A DNA stretch of 64,000 bases from a virus (taxonomy: Duplodnaviria > Caudoviricetes): IMG/VR virus record IMGVR_UViG_3300044723_001152, positions 24,139-88,138 of that record. One strand, written 5' to 3'. Position numbers and translations under genes: made by a program. The notes under the pieces were generated by a model. That model was not told the origin of the DNA. It was given only the letters and a program-made list of their open reading frames with translations, and made no database searches. Positions 9,058 to 17,938 of the stretch are shown in pieces; the stretch's first letter is position 1; each line of letters opens with the position of its first letter.

Positions 9058-9504
9058 TTAGTTCTTCTTTCGATTACCTTTGAGATACTCTAAAGTCTCA
9101 AAGTAGTCATCATCATTCATTCTGTCTAATATCTTATTCATACTATCTTCCCTCTTTCTCTTTTCGAGTATAGGTTCCAAGTTTTTCTTATAGTTTATCC
9201 TCACGTTATTATAGTAATCTTTTAGGTTATCATTAGGCACGGCTAACGTCATTATGTGGTTTTTATGGACACTAAAAATCTTATCTGTAGATTGGAACAC
9301 CCAGGGTCTGAGTGCCATACGTTCCTCAACATAGTAAGCCTCTTCCTCTATCTCAGAATTATATAAGTCTATCTTATAAGGTTCAGAAAGTCTGATGAAA
9401 TCACTACCCTCTGTAACATACATGCCAGCGATAATCTGCTCACCAGATGTAAGTTTTAAAAGTCTAGGGACTGGTACTCTAACTGTTGTTTCTTTTTTAT
9501 CCAT
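9058..9504 (-). CDS. conserved T4-like phage protein, possibly Sm-like fold
   Basis: RLLKLTSGEQII...LRPW pattern; position between uvsW and gp55. Confidence 0.7.
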   Translation of the reverse strand: MDKKETTVRVPVPRLLKLTSGEQIIAGMYVTEGSDFIRLSEPYKIDLYNSEIEEEAYYVEERMALRPWVFQSTDKIFSVHKNHIMTLAVPNDNLKDYYNNVRINYKKNLEPILEKRKREDSMNKILDRMNDDDYFETLEYLKGNRKKN

Positions 9505-9508
9505 GTTC

Positions 9509-9516
9509 TATTTATG
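9509..9516 (-). promoter_or_regulatory. late promoter variant CATAAATA
   Basis: Directly upstream of the 148-aa gene. Confidence 0.55.
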
Positions 9517-9517
9517 T

Positions 9518-10975
9518 CTATATTATATCTACGTTGTGGATCTCATAGTCGAACTCTTGTTCAGTATAGAATCCAACACGTTCCATAAAGTGATTGAGTG
9601 TGAAGTTTTTCTTATCATTCCAACTTAGATTATCCGCGATATCGTATAGAGTTGCTTTAACTTTATTATCACCAAGACGCAACCCACGACCAAGAGACTG
9701 TAAAACTCGTATCTTAGATTTGGTAGGGCTTGCGAATATAACATTGTGAAGATTCCTAATATTGATACCAGTACTAAAAGTTCCATAACTCGCCACAATA
9801 ATCGCATTGTTCTCACTTTCTGTAATCTTTCTTATGTCTTCTCTATCTGTGGTGTCTGTACCACCATAAACGAAAAAAACTTTTCTATTTAATTCTTTTA
9901 TACTATCATACAACATTCTGCCATGTTTGTCAACATATTGAAATAAAACTAAAGTATTCCCTTTTTGATCCTTGGCAAGGTTGTAGATAAACTTGTTTCT
10001 CTTTTGATGTGATACTATATAGTCCATCTCCTCCTGATAGGTTAGACCCTTGACTTGTTGACAATCTTCTTTGGGGTACTTCAATACGACACATTGTATC
10101 TTTAGGTCCGCCAGTTGTCCCTTGTCAATGAGTTCTCTTGTCGATGTTACATTGGTTACAGGTCCAAATAAACCTTCTAATACCAATTTATGAACCTTAC
10201 TATCATCTAGTGTGCCAGTAGTGCCTATACGAAAGTTGGCATTGACTAGGTTACCCATAATCTTTTGTAACTCTTTTGATTTGTAGAGATGGGCCTCATC
10301 TCCTATCACACAATCAAATTTCTCAAACCACTTCTTGTCGAATGTTGATAGTGATTGCCATGTGGATACAACGACAGGTTTAGCCTCATCTATATCGTAA
10401 CCATAATACTTCCTCTGTACATGTGCCTCAGCGTCCCAACTGTAATCGATGAAGTCTTTATACATCTGCTCGACCAGAGATGTTGTTGGAACCACCAATA
10501 GACTTTTCTTGCCAAGTGTTGTCATCATTCTTATTATACAATAGATGATGAGTGACTTGCCAGAAGCGGTAGGTGATAGTAGAATACATCTTCTATGGTT
10601 GATAGCGTGACTAAATGCGTCCAGTTGATAATCTCTAATTTTGAGGGTTTTCGTCAAAATCGTGTCAACAAACTTGGAAAAATCGTCTCTAGGAACGCTA
10701 CCACCGCTGTTTAAGCCTTCCGGTAGTATGATTGTATGGCTGTTTTTTTCGCAAAAATGCTGTACATACGGCACTAGCCCTCTATATAACTTGCCAGTCG
10801 CCTTACTGTATAATCGTATCTTACCATCCCATCTCTTTGCCCTAACTGATGGCATGAATGAGGCTCCTGGTACTTGAAACGTAAAGAAATCTGATAGGTC
10901 TTGGAGTAACCCAAGATCCTCTGACTTACACTTGACGTATGCCTGATTAAAGATTTCTATTTGTAATTCGCTCAT
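9518..10975 (-). CDS. uvsW: SF2 DNA helicase
   Basis: RDYQ, SPTASGKS, DEAH, GTTGT, GTFSTGINI, QSLGRGLR. Confidence 0.96.
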   Translation of the reverse strand: MSELQIEIFNQAYVKCKSEDLGLLQDLSDFFTFQVPGASFMPSVRAKRWDGKIRLYSKATGKLYRGLVPYVQHFCEKNSHTIILPEGLNSGGSVPRDDFSKFVDTILTKTLKIRDYQLDAFSHAINHRRCILLSPTASGKSLIIYCIIRMMTTLGKKSLLVVPTTSLVEQMYKDFIDYSWDAEAHVQRKYYGYDIDEAKPVVVSTWQSLSTFDKKWFEKFDCVIGDEAHLYKSKELQKIMGNLVNANFRIGTTGTLDDSKVHKLVLEGLFGPVTNVTSTRELIDKGQLADLKIQCVVLKYPKEDCQQVKGLTYQEEMDYIVSHQKRNKFIYNLAKDQKGNTLVLFQYVDKHGRMLYDSIKELNRKVFFVYGGTDTTDREDIRKITESENNAIIVASYGTFSTGINIRNLHNVIFASPTKSKIRVLQSLGRGLRLGDNKVKATLYDIADNLSWNDKKNFTLNHFMERVGFYTEQEFDYEIHNVDII

Positions 10976-11768
10976 CTAGTTCTTCATAACTAATATTCGT
11001 CCAGTTGTCTCTTTCTTCTAAATCATCTATTGGTTGCCCAACGTGTATGAACTCGTGGTTCTCATATCTGTTCAATAATCTCTTAGTGTGATATATCCAG
11101 TTCTGAGGATCAATTGCGGCTGCCTTCTCCCCAACATAACCCTTGGTGCCTTTATACACATTATTCACAGTTGATAACTTTGAATAGTAATCATAACCTA
11201 TGAGGTATATCTTCTTATCCACATCTGCGGCCATCATGGCAATCAATATGCCTGCGTTTGTCTTCTCATTCTGATACTTACCAAGACCCATCACCTTATC
11301 TTTCTTCTTCAACCATGTTATGAGATATCCCTCTTGGTCTTCACTCAGATATAACTTGAAGTCATCTTCTTTCCAATCTTTTCTTTCTTCTCTCATCTTC
11401 TTCATTAGGTCTTTATTGTTCGCCCAACAAACAAAGTATTTTTTCTTCTCACCCTTCCATGCCCACTCGTCTGTGTATTCAGATATATCTTCTATATCCT
11501 GTCCTATGAACTTGGCGATAGTCTCTGGTTCGAATAGTTTGGGGTGTAGGGTATGTGGGTTCTTATCCCATGATTTCAGATATACTGGATTCTCAAAAGC
11601 ATATCCACTCCTGTAAATCTCGTGGCATATGTTGTAATCCATCGCCAACAATACATCAGGTGTAAAGTCCCTGTATAGACCATTACAACCATATATCTTA
11701 CCAAAGTCTCTCAACCTATGTAGGTCAAAGTCTTTTCTACTCTCACCATTACCTATACAAAATAACAT
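10947..11768 (-). CDS. hypothetical protein with a Rossmann-like GNGxSR...YGCN...D motif (MptE/DUF115 or sialyltransferase-like), paralog 1
   Basis: MLFCIGNGESRKDFD...YGCNGLYRDFTPDVLLAMD; later NAG, IYLIGYD, NNVYKGT. Confidence 0.55.
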   Translation of the reverse strand: MLFCIGNGESRKDFDLHRLRDFGKIYGCNGLYRDFTPDVLLAMDYNICHEIYRSGYAFENPVYLKSWDKNPHTLHPKLFEPETIAKFIGQDIEDISEYTDEWAWKGEKKKYFVCWANNKDLMKKMREERKDWKEDDFKLYLSEDQEGYLITWLKKKDKVMGLGKYQNEKTNAGILIAMMAADVDKKIYLIGYDYYSKLSTVNNVYKGTKGYVGEKAAAIDPQNWIYHTKRLLNRYENHEFIHVGQPIDDLEERDNWTNISYEELDERITNRNL

Positions 11769-12312
11769 TATCTTTCTCCTTCAATACGTCAGTCATAGTC
11801 CCGTGTTGGACATATGTCATCTCTGGGAACATCTCAAAAGTGTCCAAGAAACTGTGTGTGATACCCCAACGACCACCTTCGTGGTAACATGATGTATTAG
11901 AGTATATATTAGTTTGGTCAAAATCAAATCCAACCATGTGTATCTCAACACCACCATGTTTCTTATCACCTAGGTATTTCATAGCGTTATGACTTGCCTG
12001 TCTTATCGCCATCGTACCCGTGTCTGTGAAGTCCTCATTCTTAAACCATCTCTGATGTGACCATAGAGAGATGTGGTTCTGTATTGGTCTGAACTCACTA
12101 TCGTTTCTCCAATACGTCTGAACACTTACCCGTCTGTCTTTCCACGCACCACTTCGATAAATCTCAAAGGTGATTGGTTTATCTTTTGAGAACAGGTAGT
12201 CTGTCCAGTAATCTCTGTATATCGCATTACAACCATACTTGACACCTTTCAGTTTATCTACATCAACATCTTTCCTACTAACACCATTACCAATGACCCA
12301 ATGTATCAACAC
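11749..12312 (-). CDS. hypothetical protein, paralog 2 of the same GNGxSR...YGCN family
   Basis: WVIGNGVSRKDVD...YGCNAIYRDYWTDYLFSKD; later DTG, IHMVGFD, NIYSNT. Confidence 0.55.
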   Translation of the reverse strand: MLIHWVIGNGVSRKDVDVDKLKGVKYGCNAIYRDYWTDYLFSKDKPITFEIYRSGAWKDRRVSVQTYWRNDSEFRPIQNHISLWSHQRWFKNEDFTDTGTMAIRQASHNAMKYLGDKKHGGVEIHMVGFDFDQTNIYSNTSCYHEGGRWGITHSFLDTFEMFPEMTYVQHGTMTDVLKEKDNVILYR

Positions 12313-12740
12313 TAGAAATCACCACCTGTAAATTTCTTCCACTCTATGGCGTTCTTAATCTGGAATGTGCGATTGTTAATCTGTTTGAGTGTGTCCTCAC
12401 AGAATTTACATATCTGTTTTAGATACTCTATCTTTTGTCTCTGTTTGATGATGAGGTCGTCAGCGTCAATAAACTTATCCACATCTTGTCGTAACACTTT
12501 CAGTTGAAAGTCTTGGTCTTTGTATTCTTCTGGGTCTGCCTTACCAGTGAAGAATAACCACTTCTTAACATGTAGTTTAGAGTAGTCACCTTCCTCTTTC
12601 TTCAACATAAGGGCATATGTCGAATATATCTTTAGGTATTTACTGTGTAGTGTTGGTGTAGACAAGGACTCAATGTCTAGTTGGGTCTCATCTATCGCCA
12701 GGTCTTTAGACGCCTGGTCTTGTAGTTCTTCTAAGGTCAT
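12312..12740 (-). CDS. uvsY: recombination mediator
   Basis: LAIDETQLDIESL.TP.LHSKYL; NNRTFQIKNAIEWKKF. Confidence 0.93.
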   Translation of the reverse strand: MTLEELQDQASKDLAIDETQLDIESLSTPTLHSKYLKIYSTYALMLKKEEGDYSKLHVKKWLFFTGKADPEEYKDQDFQLKVLRQDVDKFIDADDLIIKQRQKIEYLKQICKFCEDTLKQINNRTFQIKNAIEWKKFTGGDF

Positions 12741-12752
12741 AGTATCTCATAA

Positions 12753-13343
12753 TTATAATGTGGTGTAAGTATGGATTTTATATCCAAATACCACTGTTGC
12801 TGTTAAATATTCAACGTCAGTTAAAAGTTGGTTGTAATCCAGAGCACTCAGGCTCTTAGGATATATATCTTGGTAGTTTATCTCCATTATTGGGATATTC
12901 CTACTCGACATGACAAGCAATTTACCATCAGCGAATATCGCACCGTCTGGTGTCGCATTTGTAGGTCTACCTGCGTCAGTAGATGTTGATTGTTGAGATA
13001 GTGGCATCCTGTCATTACCTGATGATATCAATGCCCTATACTTCTCGTCACTATCTACCTGTGCCAGACCTGCCATCCAATCGTGTATCTGTTTGTATGT
13101 CTCTAGGTTCTCATCGACCGTGAATACTATCGTTAGGTCTTCGAACGTCAAATCATTACCTGGTATCTTCAATTGTTGTAACCTAGTTGGTTGTGTTAAC
13201 TCTGTGAGAGATACACCTGGTATATTCGCCTGTACAGTATTGAACTCCACCTTTGGAATCTTCGCACATTGGAACCTAAACTTGGTAGGGTCAGCGAAGT
13301 CCAGATTGACTGGTTGTTTCGATGTTATGGTTGTCTCTGTCAT
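12753..13343 (-). CDS. gp3: tail completion / tube terminator protein
   Basis: ANIPGVSL, IPGNDLTFEDL, FTVDENLETY..IHDW, PKSLSALDY; follows gp23. Confidence 0.88.
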   Translation of the reverse strand: MTETTITSKQPVNLDFADPTKFRFQCAKIPKVEFNTVQANIPGVSLTELTQPTRLQQLKIPGNDLTFEDLTIVFTVDENLETYKQIHDWMAGLAQVDSDEKYRALISSGNDRMPLSQQSTSTDAGRPTNATPDGAIFADGKLLVMSSRNIPIMEINYQDIYPKSLSALDYNQLLTDVEYLTATVVFGYKIHTYTTL

Positions 13344-13348
13344 ACTAT

Positions 13349-13356
13349 TATTTATG
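13349..13356 (-). promoter_or_regulatory. late promoter variant CATAAATA
   Basis: Upstream of gp3. Confidence 0.6.
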
Positions 13357-13359
13357 CAA

Positions 13360-13389
13360 TAAAAAAGGGGACTCTAAGAGTCCCCCTTT
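13360..13389 (-). terminator. rho-independent terminator after gp23
   Basis: GGGGACTC-TTA-GAGTCCCC stem followed by TTTTTT on the minus strand. Confidence 0.85.
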
Positions 13390-13410
13390 GATCCAGTGAT
13401 GGAATGTAAC

Positions 13411-14676
13411 TTACATTAAGTTAGTTACTTTTACCATTCTGTAATAGATGTTTGCTTGGTCTGTACCAACGTCACTTGCCTGAGCAGAACTTTCCGCAAA
13501 TGGGTTTCTAATTAGACCATATCTAGTTTTGAAACCAATTTTTGGTTGGAAAGTAGATTCACCAACCGCACGTACCATTTGTAGTGGAACGTATGGGCAG
13601 TAGAACATACCAGCATCGTAAGGTGAAGTTCCTTTGTAACCTACTACAAAGTATTGAGCCGCTGTGTTGTTAGACGCATATGGATCAATGTACACTTTGT
13701 ATCTACCGTTTAATGTACCAGCAAAAGTGTTACCAGTATCATCAACGTTAAGTGAGTTGTTAAGAGCAGGAGCGTAATCTAATACACCAGCCATCTGTAA
13801 AGCAGAAGCAACGTCAGAAGAACAGATAATGATATTACCTTTTCCACGTCTTGTTTCTTGTGCGATTACGTTAGCGTCTCTCTCAACTTGGAACATTAAG
13901 CCTTTGAACTTCTCTACTGACCATCTTCCGTTGGAATCAGTATCTAAGTCAAAAGTACCTGATGTAGTTGTGTTTGTGTTAGCACCTTTTTTAGCCTTTT
14001 CGTAAATTGTTCTTACAACTTCTCTGTTGATTTCCGCAAGGATCTCAGCAGATAGGATGTTAGCCAATTCAGTCTCAGCATCTAAACCGTGGATCGCTTT
14101 AAGGTCTTGAGCAAGTTCCATTGTGTATTCTGCTTTTAACTGTCTAGTTTTAGCAGTAACAGTAGATTTCTCAATACTGAAAGCCATCTCTGCGAAAGAT
14201 GAAGACGCTTCTGCCGTAGCAGTAGCAATACCAGTACCAGCAGTTACTGAGGTAGTAGTGTCGTTCATCAATCCTGGATTTAGGGAAGAACTATGAGTAC
14301 CAGTTCCAGAAAAGTCTGAATCTGCTTCATTGAATAGCGCTTCTGTGCCAGAGTTACTTGTAAATCTGCTCTTCATAGCGAAGATTAGACCAGTTGGACC
14401 AGTCATTGGTTGTACACCACAGATGTCGTATGCGATTAAGTTAGGCATTGCTCTTCTAACTAATGAGATTAGGATTGGATCCCAGTTTGCTACAGCACTG
14501 TCACCAGTTACGTTCGCAATCTCACCTAGAAATGCTTTGTCTTCTTTAGCCGCTTTTTCTTGGTTTTCCAAGATAACAGCAGTTACAGCCTTTTTGTAGG
14601 GATTGTCAATCTTTGGCAAATCACCATGTTCTAAGACTGGAGACCACTTTTCTTGTAAGTTTTGTGAATTAAACAT
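13411..14676 (-). CDS. gp23: major capsid protein
   Basis: DPILISLVRRAMPNL, GVQPMTGPTGLIFAM, LKAEYTMELAQDLKAIHGLDAE, FQPKIGFKTRYG. Confidence 0.98.
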   Translation of the reverse strand: MFNSQNLQEKWSPVLEHGDLPKIDNPYKKAVTAVILENQEKAAKEDKAFLGEIANVTGDSAVANWDPILISLVRRAMPNLIAYDICGVQPMTGPTGLIFAMKSRFTSNSGTEALFNEADSDFSGTGTHSSSLNPGLMNDTTTSVTAGTGIATATAEASSSFAEMAFSIEKSTVTAKTRQLKAEYTMELAQDLKAIHGLDAETELANILSAEILAEINREVVRTIYEKAKKGANTNTTTSGTFDLDTDSNGRWSVEKFKGLMFQVERDANVIAQETRRGKGNIIICSSDVASALQMAGVLDYAPALNNSLNVDDTGNTFAGTLNGRYKVYIDPYASNNTAAQYFVVGYKGTSPYDAGMFYCPYVPLQMVRAVGESTFQPKIGFKTRYGLIRNPFAESSAQASDVGTDQANIYYRMVKVTNLM

Positions 14677-14698
14677 TTTGTTTATCTCTCCTTATTTC

Positions 14699-15970
14699 TT
14701 ATTGTTTGTTGTAGATATCTCTACTTTTTCCCCTACTGATAGCAGCCGTATAGCGAGACATTGAATCACTCAAGTCCACTACTGTGTTACCGTCATTAGA
14801 ATCTTCGTTGATAGCGTCAACATTAGTTGCCGGTGCTTCTTTCTTAGTACCAAAGTAACTCTCTTTAATAGTATCAAGTTTCTTCTTGTAAGCGTCAGCG
14901 CCTTCAAAACTAATATCTTCAACTAATGATTTCATCTTCTCTTTCTCAGTATCAGCCATTCCGTCAACTGTGCTCTCAAAGATTTCGTCTTTAGTGAAAC
15001 TATCGATAATTGTTTTATCTTCCACAGATTTTTCTACCATCTCATTAACTTTAGATTTCAAGTCTTCCAACTCTTTCTCTTTCGCTTCTAAGATGTCGTA
15101 TTTTTCATCTGGGACATCAATGTAATGATCCTCAAATAATTGTTTTAGACCACCAATAAAGTCCTCAGCGATTTCTCCCTTGATTCCTTTTTCGATTGCT
15201 AATTCATTATCTGCCATCCATTGTTCAACAACATAGTTTAAGTAGTTGTCAACCTTAGTAGTTAACTCTTCCTTAACACTTTCTTTCGCTTCTGTTAGTT
15301 CGCTTGAGTATTCACCCTCTAATCTTTCGATTTCAGATTTTACTTTTGATTTAACAGCCGCTTCAAAGATTGTTGCCGCTTTAGTTTTAAACTCCTCTGA
15401 TAAAGAATCATCTCCAGAAGTAAGTGCCGCAACATCAGCAGAAACGTCAATAGATTTTACTCTCTGATCCACTGCTTCTTTGTTTACAGTTTTACTTTCT
15501 TCTTTTTCTTCTTCGTCTTCTTCATCATCATCGCCGCCGTGCATAGCAGCCATCATTTTGCCGTAAGAAGCAGCGATTTCAGATTTCTTCATTTTAGACA
15601 TGTTATCATACATAGCCTGGATCATACCTGATTTAGTCTTAGGCATTTCCATGATTTCATCTTCATCTTCTTTTTCTTTATCGTCTTCCTTGTCGTTTTC
15701 TTTCTCGTCTTCGTCAGCGTCCTCTTTTACTTTTTGAGGTTTTTCTGCCGGAGCCGCACCTTTAGTAGGAGCACCAGAGTCTTTTTTCATTTTGTCGTCT
15801 GCTTTAGTCTGACCAGGTTTATCGTCTGGTTTTACTAATGCTGGACCAAGATCCTCATAGTCGCCGCCCTTTTGCATTGGGTCCGCTTTACCAGCGGATG
15901 CTTTTGGAGCGTCTGCGCCCTTAGGAGCCTCAGAAACGATTTCTTGTTCGTTTTTGTATTCTTCAGCCAT
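14699..15970 (-). CDS. gp22: prohead core scaffolding protein with long acidic N-terminus
   Basis: LSEEFKTKAATIFEAAV, VDNYLNYVVEQW, GLKQLFEDHYIDVP. Confidence 0.93.
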   Translation of the reverse strand: MAEEYKNEQEIVSEAPKGADAPKASAGKADPMQKGGDYEDLGPALVKPDDKPGQTKADDKMKKDSGAPTKGAAPAEKPQKVKEDADEDEKENDKEDDKEKEDEDEIMEMPKTKSGMIQAMYDNMSKMKKSEIAASYGKMMAAMHGGDDDEEDEEEKEESKTVNKEAVDQRVKSIDVSADVAALTSGDDSLSEEFKTKAATIFEAAVKSKVKSEIERLEGEYSSELTEAKESVKEELTTKVDNYLNYVVEQWMADNELAIEKGIKGEIAEDFIGGLKQLFEDHYIDVPDEKYDILEAKEKELEDLKSKVNEMVEKSVEDKTIIDSFTKDEIFESTVDGMADTEKEKMKSLVEDISFEGADAYKKKLDTIKESYFGTKKEAPATNVDAINEDSNDGNTVVDLSDSMSRYTAAISRGKSRDIYNKQ

Positions 15971-16016
15971 TTTGTATATTCTCTCCTTATTTCGAAATAA
16001 AAATTTTGCGTATAAC

Positions 16017-16024
16017 TATTTATC
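16017..16024 (-). promoter_or_regulatory. late promoter variant GATAAATA
   Basis: At the gp21 stop, upstream of gp22. Confidence 0.55.
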
Positions 16025-16676
16025 TTTTTGTTAATTTGTTCATAAAACTCTCAAAGGCATTTGCCTCTGCCGCAGCCTTACGTTGTCTAGTTTCACGCTC
16101 AATTTGTTCTTGTATTTCAGAAACATCTTGCTCTTTGATGATTCCGTTGTCCCAGATCCATTCTTTACCTTCCATTACGCCATTGACGAATGCTTGTGGT
16201 GCGGATGGATCCGCTACGATATCTGCGGCAGTTGCCAGGTAAAAATCACTTTTTACATAGTTCGTACCACCTTTATTCTCCAAAGAGCCCATGCCTCTGG
16301 AAGAAACTCCTAATTGTGCGCCTTCGTCTATCAAAGACTTCACAATCTTACCATATGGTGTGTCTGTAATCTTCGCTTCGCCTATATAATTACCCTTGTT
16401 ATCACCCTCTAACTTAGTTATCAAGTGTGATACTCTCTCCAGATTTACAGTTGGACCGTCAGGATGCCCTAGTTCTCCAAATGCTCTCTTTCTCTGGACA
16501 AATTCTTTATTATATCTGCTTACTTCCTTCTCTAATACTTCTTGTGGGTATACACGGCCATTTCTATTCTTAATGTTGGCTTGCATGAAGATACCCTTTA
16601 TCTTATGAGACTTCTTACCATTATCTTCTTCAACAATGTATTCTGCCTCGTTGATTTCTTCTCTAATTAGTTTCAT
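16020..16676 (-). CDS. gp21: prohead protease
   Basis: IKGIFMQANIKNRNGRVYP, GELGHP, GVSSRGMGS, ADIVADPSAP. Confidence 0.96.
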   Translation of the reverse strand: MKLIREEINEAEYIVEEDNGKKSHKIKGIFMQANIKNRNGRVYPQEVLEKEVSRYNKEFVQRKRAFGELGHPDGPTVNLERVSHLITKLEGDNKGNYIGEAKITDTPYGKIVKSLIDEGAQLGVSSRGMGSLENKGGTNYVKSDFYLATAADIVADPSAPQAFVNGVMEGKEWIWDNGIIKEQDVSEIQEQIERETRQRKAAAEANAFESFMNKLTKR

Positions 16677-16700
16677 GGTGCGTATTTTCCCCTTTTGTTC

Positions 16701-16708
16701 TATTTATA
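16701..16708 (-). promoter_or_regulatory. T4 late promoter TATAAATA
   Basis: Exact consensus upstream of gp21. Confidence 0.75.
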
Positions 16709-17095
16709 TTATCTGACCTCTAAAACGACGGAATAACTATCACCGTTCACAAAATTGTGAGTGGAGAACAAAATATCTCCTGTTGGTGTTGTCGCATTAT
16801 TGGCTATCTGTATCGCTGGTGTTTGTAAGTCTATCGTGCCAGAACCACCTAGGAAGAGTGCCGTTGCGTTGGTATCACCTTCAAACAGTATTTCCACCGC
16901 CCCTTTGGGGTCAGTAGTGTTGATTGAATAGATTACCCTCGCAATCTTGGTAGAGGTTGACAAGTGGTTCAAAGACGCACTTGTCATTTTCTCTACTAAA
17001 CTCTCACCAGTACCATCTGACTTGTTGGTGAACTTCATCACCGTCTTACTACCAGCAACGTCTGCTATAGTCTGTGATGTTACTGTGTCAGCCAT
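16709..17095 (-). CDS. putative virion structural protein (128 aa), paralog of the next ORF
   Basis: Beta-rich; shares GSG...I.N...TGDI...S..LEV with 17095-17499; inside the head operon. Confidence 0.6.
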   Translation of the reverse strand: MADTVTSQTIADVAGSKTVMKFTNKSDGTGESLVEKMTSASLNHLSTSTKIARVIYSINTTDPKGAVEILFEGDTNATALFLGGSGTIDLQTPAIQIANNATTPTGDILFSTHNFVNGDSYSVVLEVR

Positions 17096-17499
17096 TATCT
17101 TGTCTGTCCTGAAGCGGTATAACCTCTAGTCTTCTTAACTTCTAAGATGAACGTACCAGTCACCGCACTTGCGTTGGTAATCTTTATATCACCAGTTACG
17201 CCTGAACTCTCTGGGTTAGTTATCATTGGTTGTTTACCATGATACCCATACTCGCCACTACCATGTACTGATATTGCGTGGTCATCTGAACTTGCGTCAA
17301 ACAAGAATGTCACATCACTTGTCGCTGCCGTTGTGTTCCACTTGATACTCTTAATATCTAACGTTGGGTTAGATGAGTGTCCTCTTAATGCGGATGCGTC
17401 CACAACTGATACAGCACTATTCGTATCGTTATTGATTTCGAACATTACCACGTGTCTAGTTTCACTATCCACTAATGTTCTTTTATTGACAACTGCCAT
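17095..17499 (-). CDS. putative virion structural protein (134 aa)
   Basis: GSG...ITNPESSGVTGDI...FILEVKK; head-operon context. Confidence 0.6.
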   Translation of the reverse strand: MAVVNKRTLVDSETRHVVMFEINNDTNSAVSVVDASALRGHSSNPTLDIKSIKWNTTAATSDVTFLFDASSDDHAISVHGSGEYGYHGKQPMITNPESSGVTGDIKITNASAVTGTFILEVKKTRGYTASGQTR

Positions 17500-17511
17500 T
17501 TTTACTCTCCT

Positions 17512-17760
17512 TTATATGGTTAGACCTGTTTCCTTTTCGAAATAGGTTTCTATGTCTTTTTGTTGTACCCTGTATTTCTTTGCCACGTCTCGTACAACCC
17601 TTGGAAACGTAGTCAAAACTTTTTGCGGTGTCTTCGCCATCATGCCAAATAAGTCATCGACCGCCTTCTTTACTTTAGGCGATAACTTACGATAGGCAGG
17701 TGAACGTTTATGTTCGTCCTTTTCCTTAATCGTCAATTTCAGTTGGCTCAACGTCAACAT
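17512..17760 (-). CDS. small basic protein at the gp68 position (prohead core candidate)
   Basis: ORF track; positional inference only. Confidence 0.5.
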   Translation of the reverse strand: MLTLSQLKLTIKEKDEHKRSPAYRKLSPKVKKAVDDLFGMMAKTPQKVLTTFPRVVRDVAKKYRVQQKDIETYFEKETGLTI

Positions 17761-17938
17761 TACTTTCCTTATCCGCTTCTAATTCTTTGTTGAGTAAAGT
17801 ACCTGCGAGGTCTTTTCTCTTTGTGTCTAACTCGACACCCACTTTATCTGATAGTGCCGCCTTGAAAGCCTTCTCTGCCTCAACGTTGTCACCTGTATCT
17901 AAAGCGTTAATCATGTTCTTTGTATCTTCAATACTCAT
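17726..17938 (-). CDS. small acidic prohead core protein (gp67-like)
   Basis: 70 aa, acidic, immediately after the portal gene. Confidence 0.6.
   Translation of the reverse strand: MSIEDTKNMINALDTGDNVEAEKAFKAALSDKVGVELDTKRKDLAGTLLNKELEADKESNVDVEPTEIDD

Noticed and set aside
15987-16000. Perfect palindrome TTATTTCGAAATAA next to the gp22 RBS
   Set aside because: AT-rich, weak and single-copy, so not distinguishable from chance.
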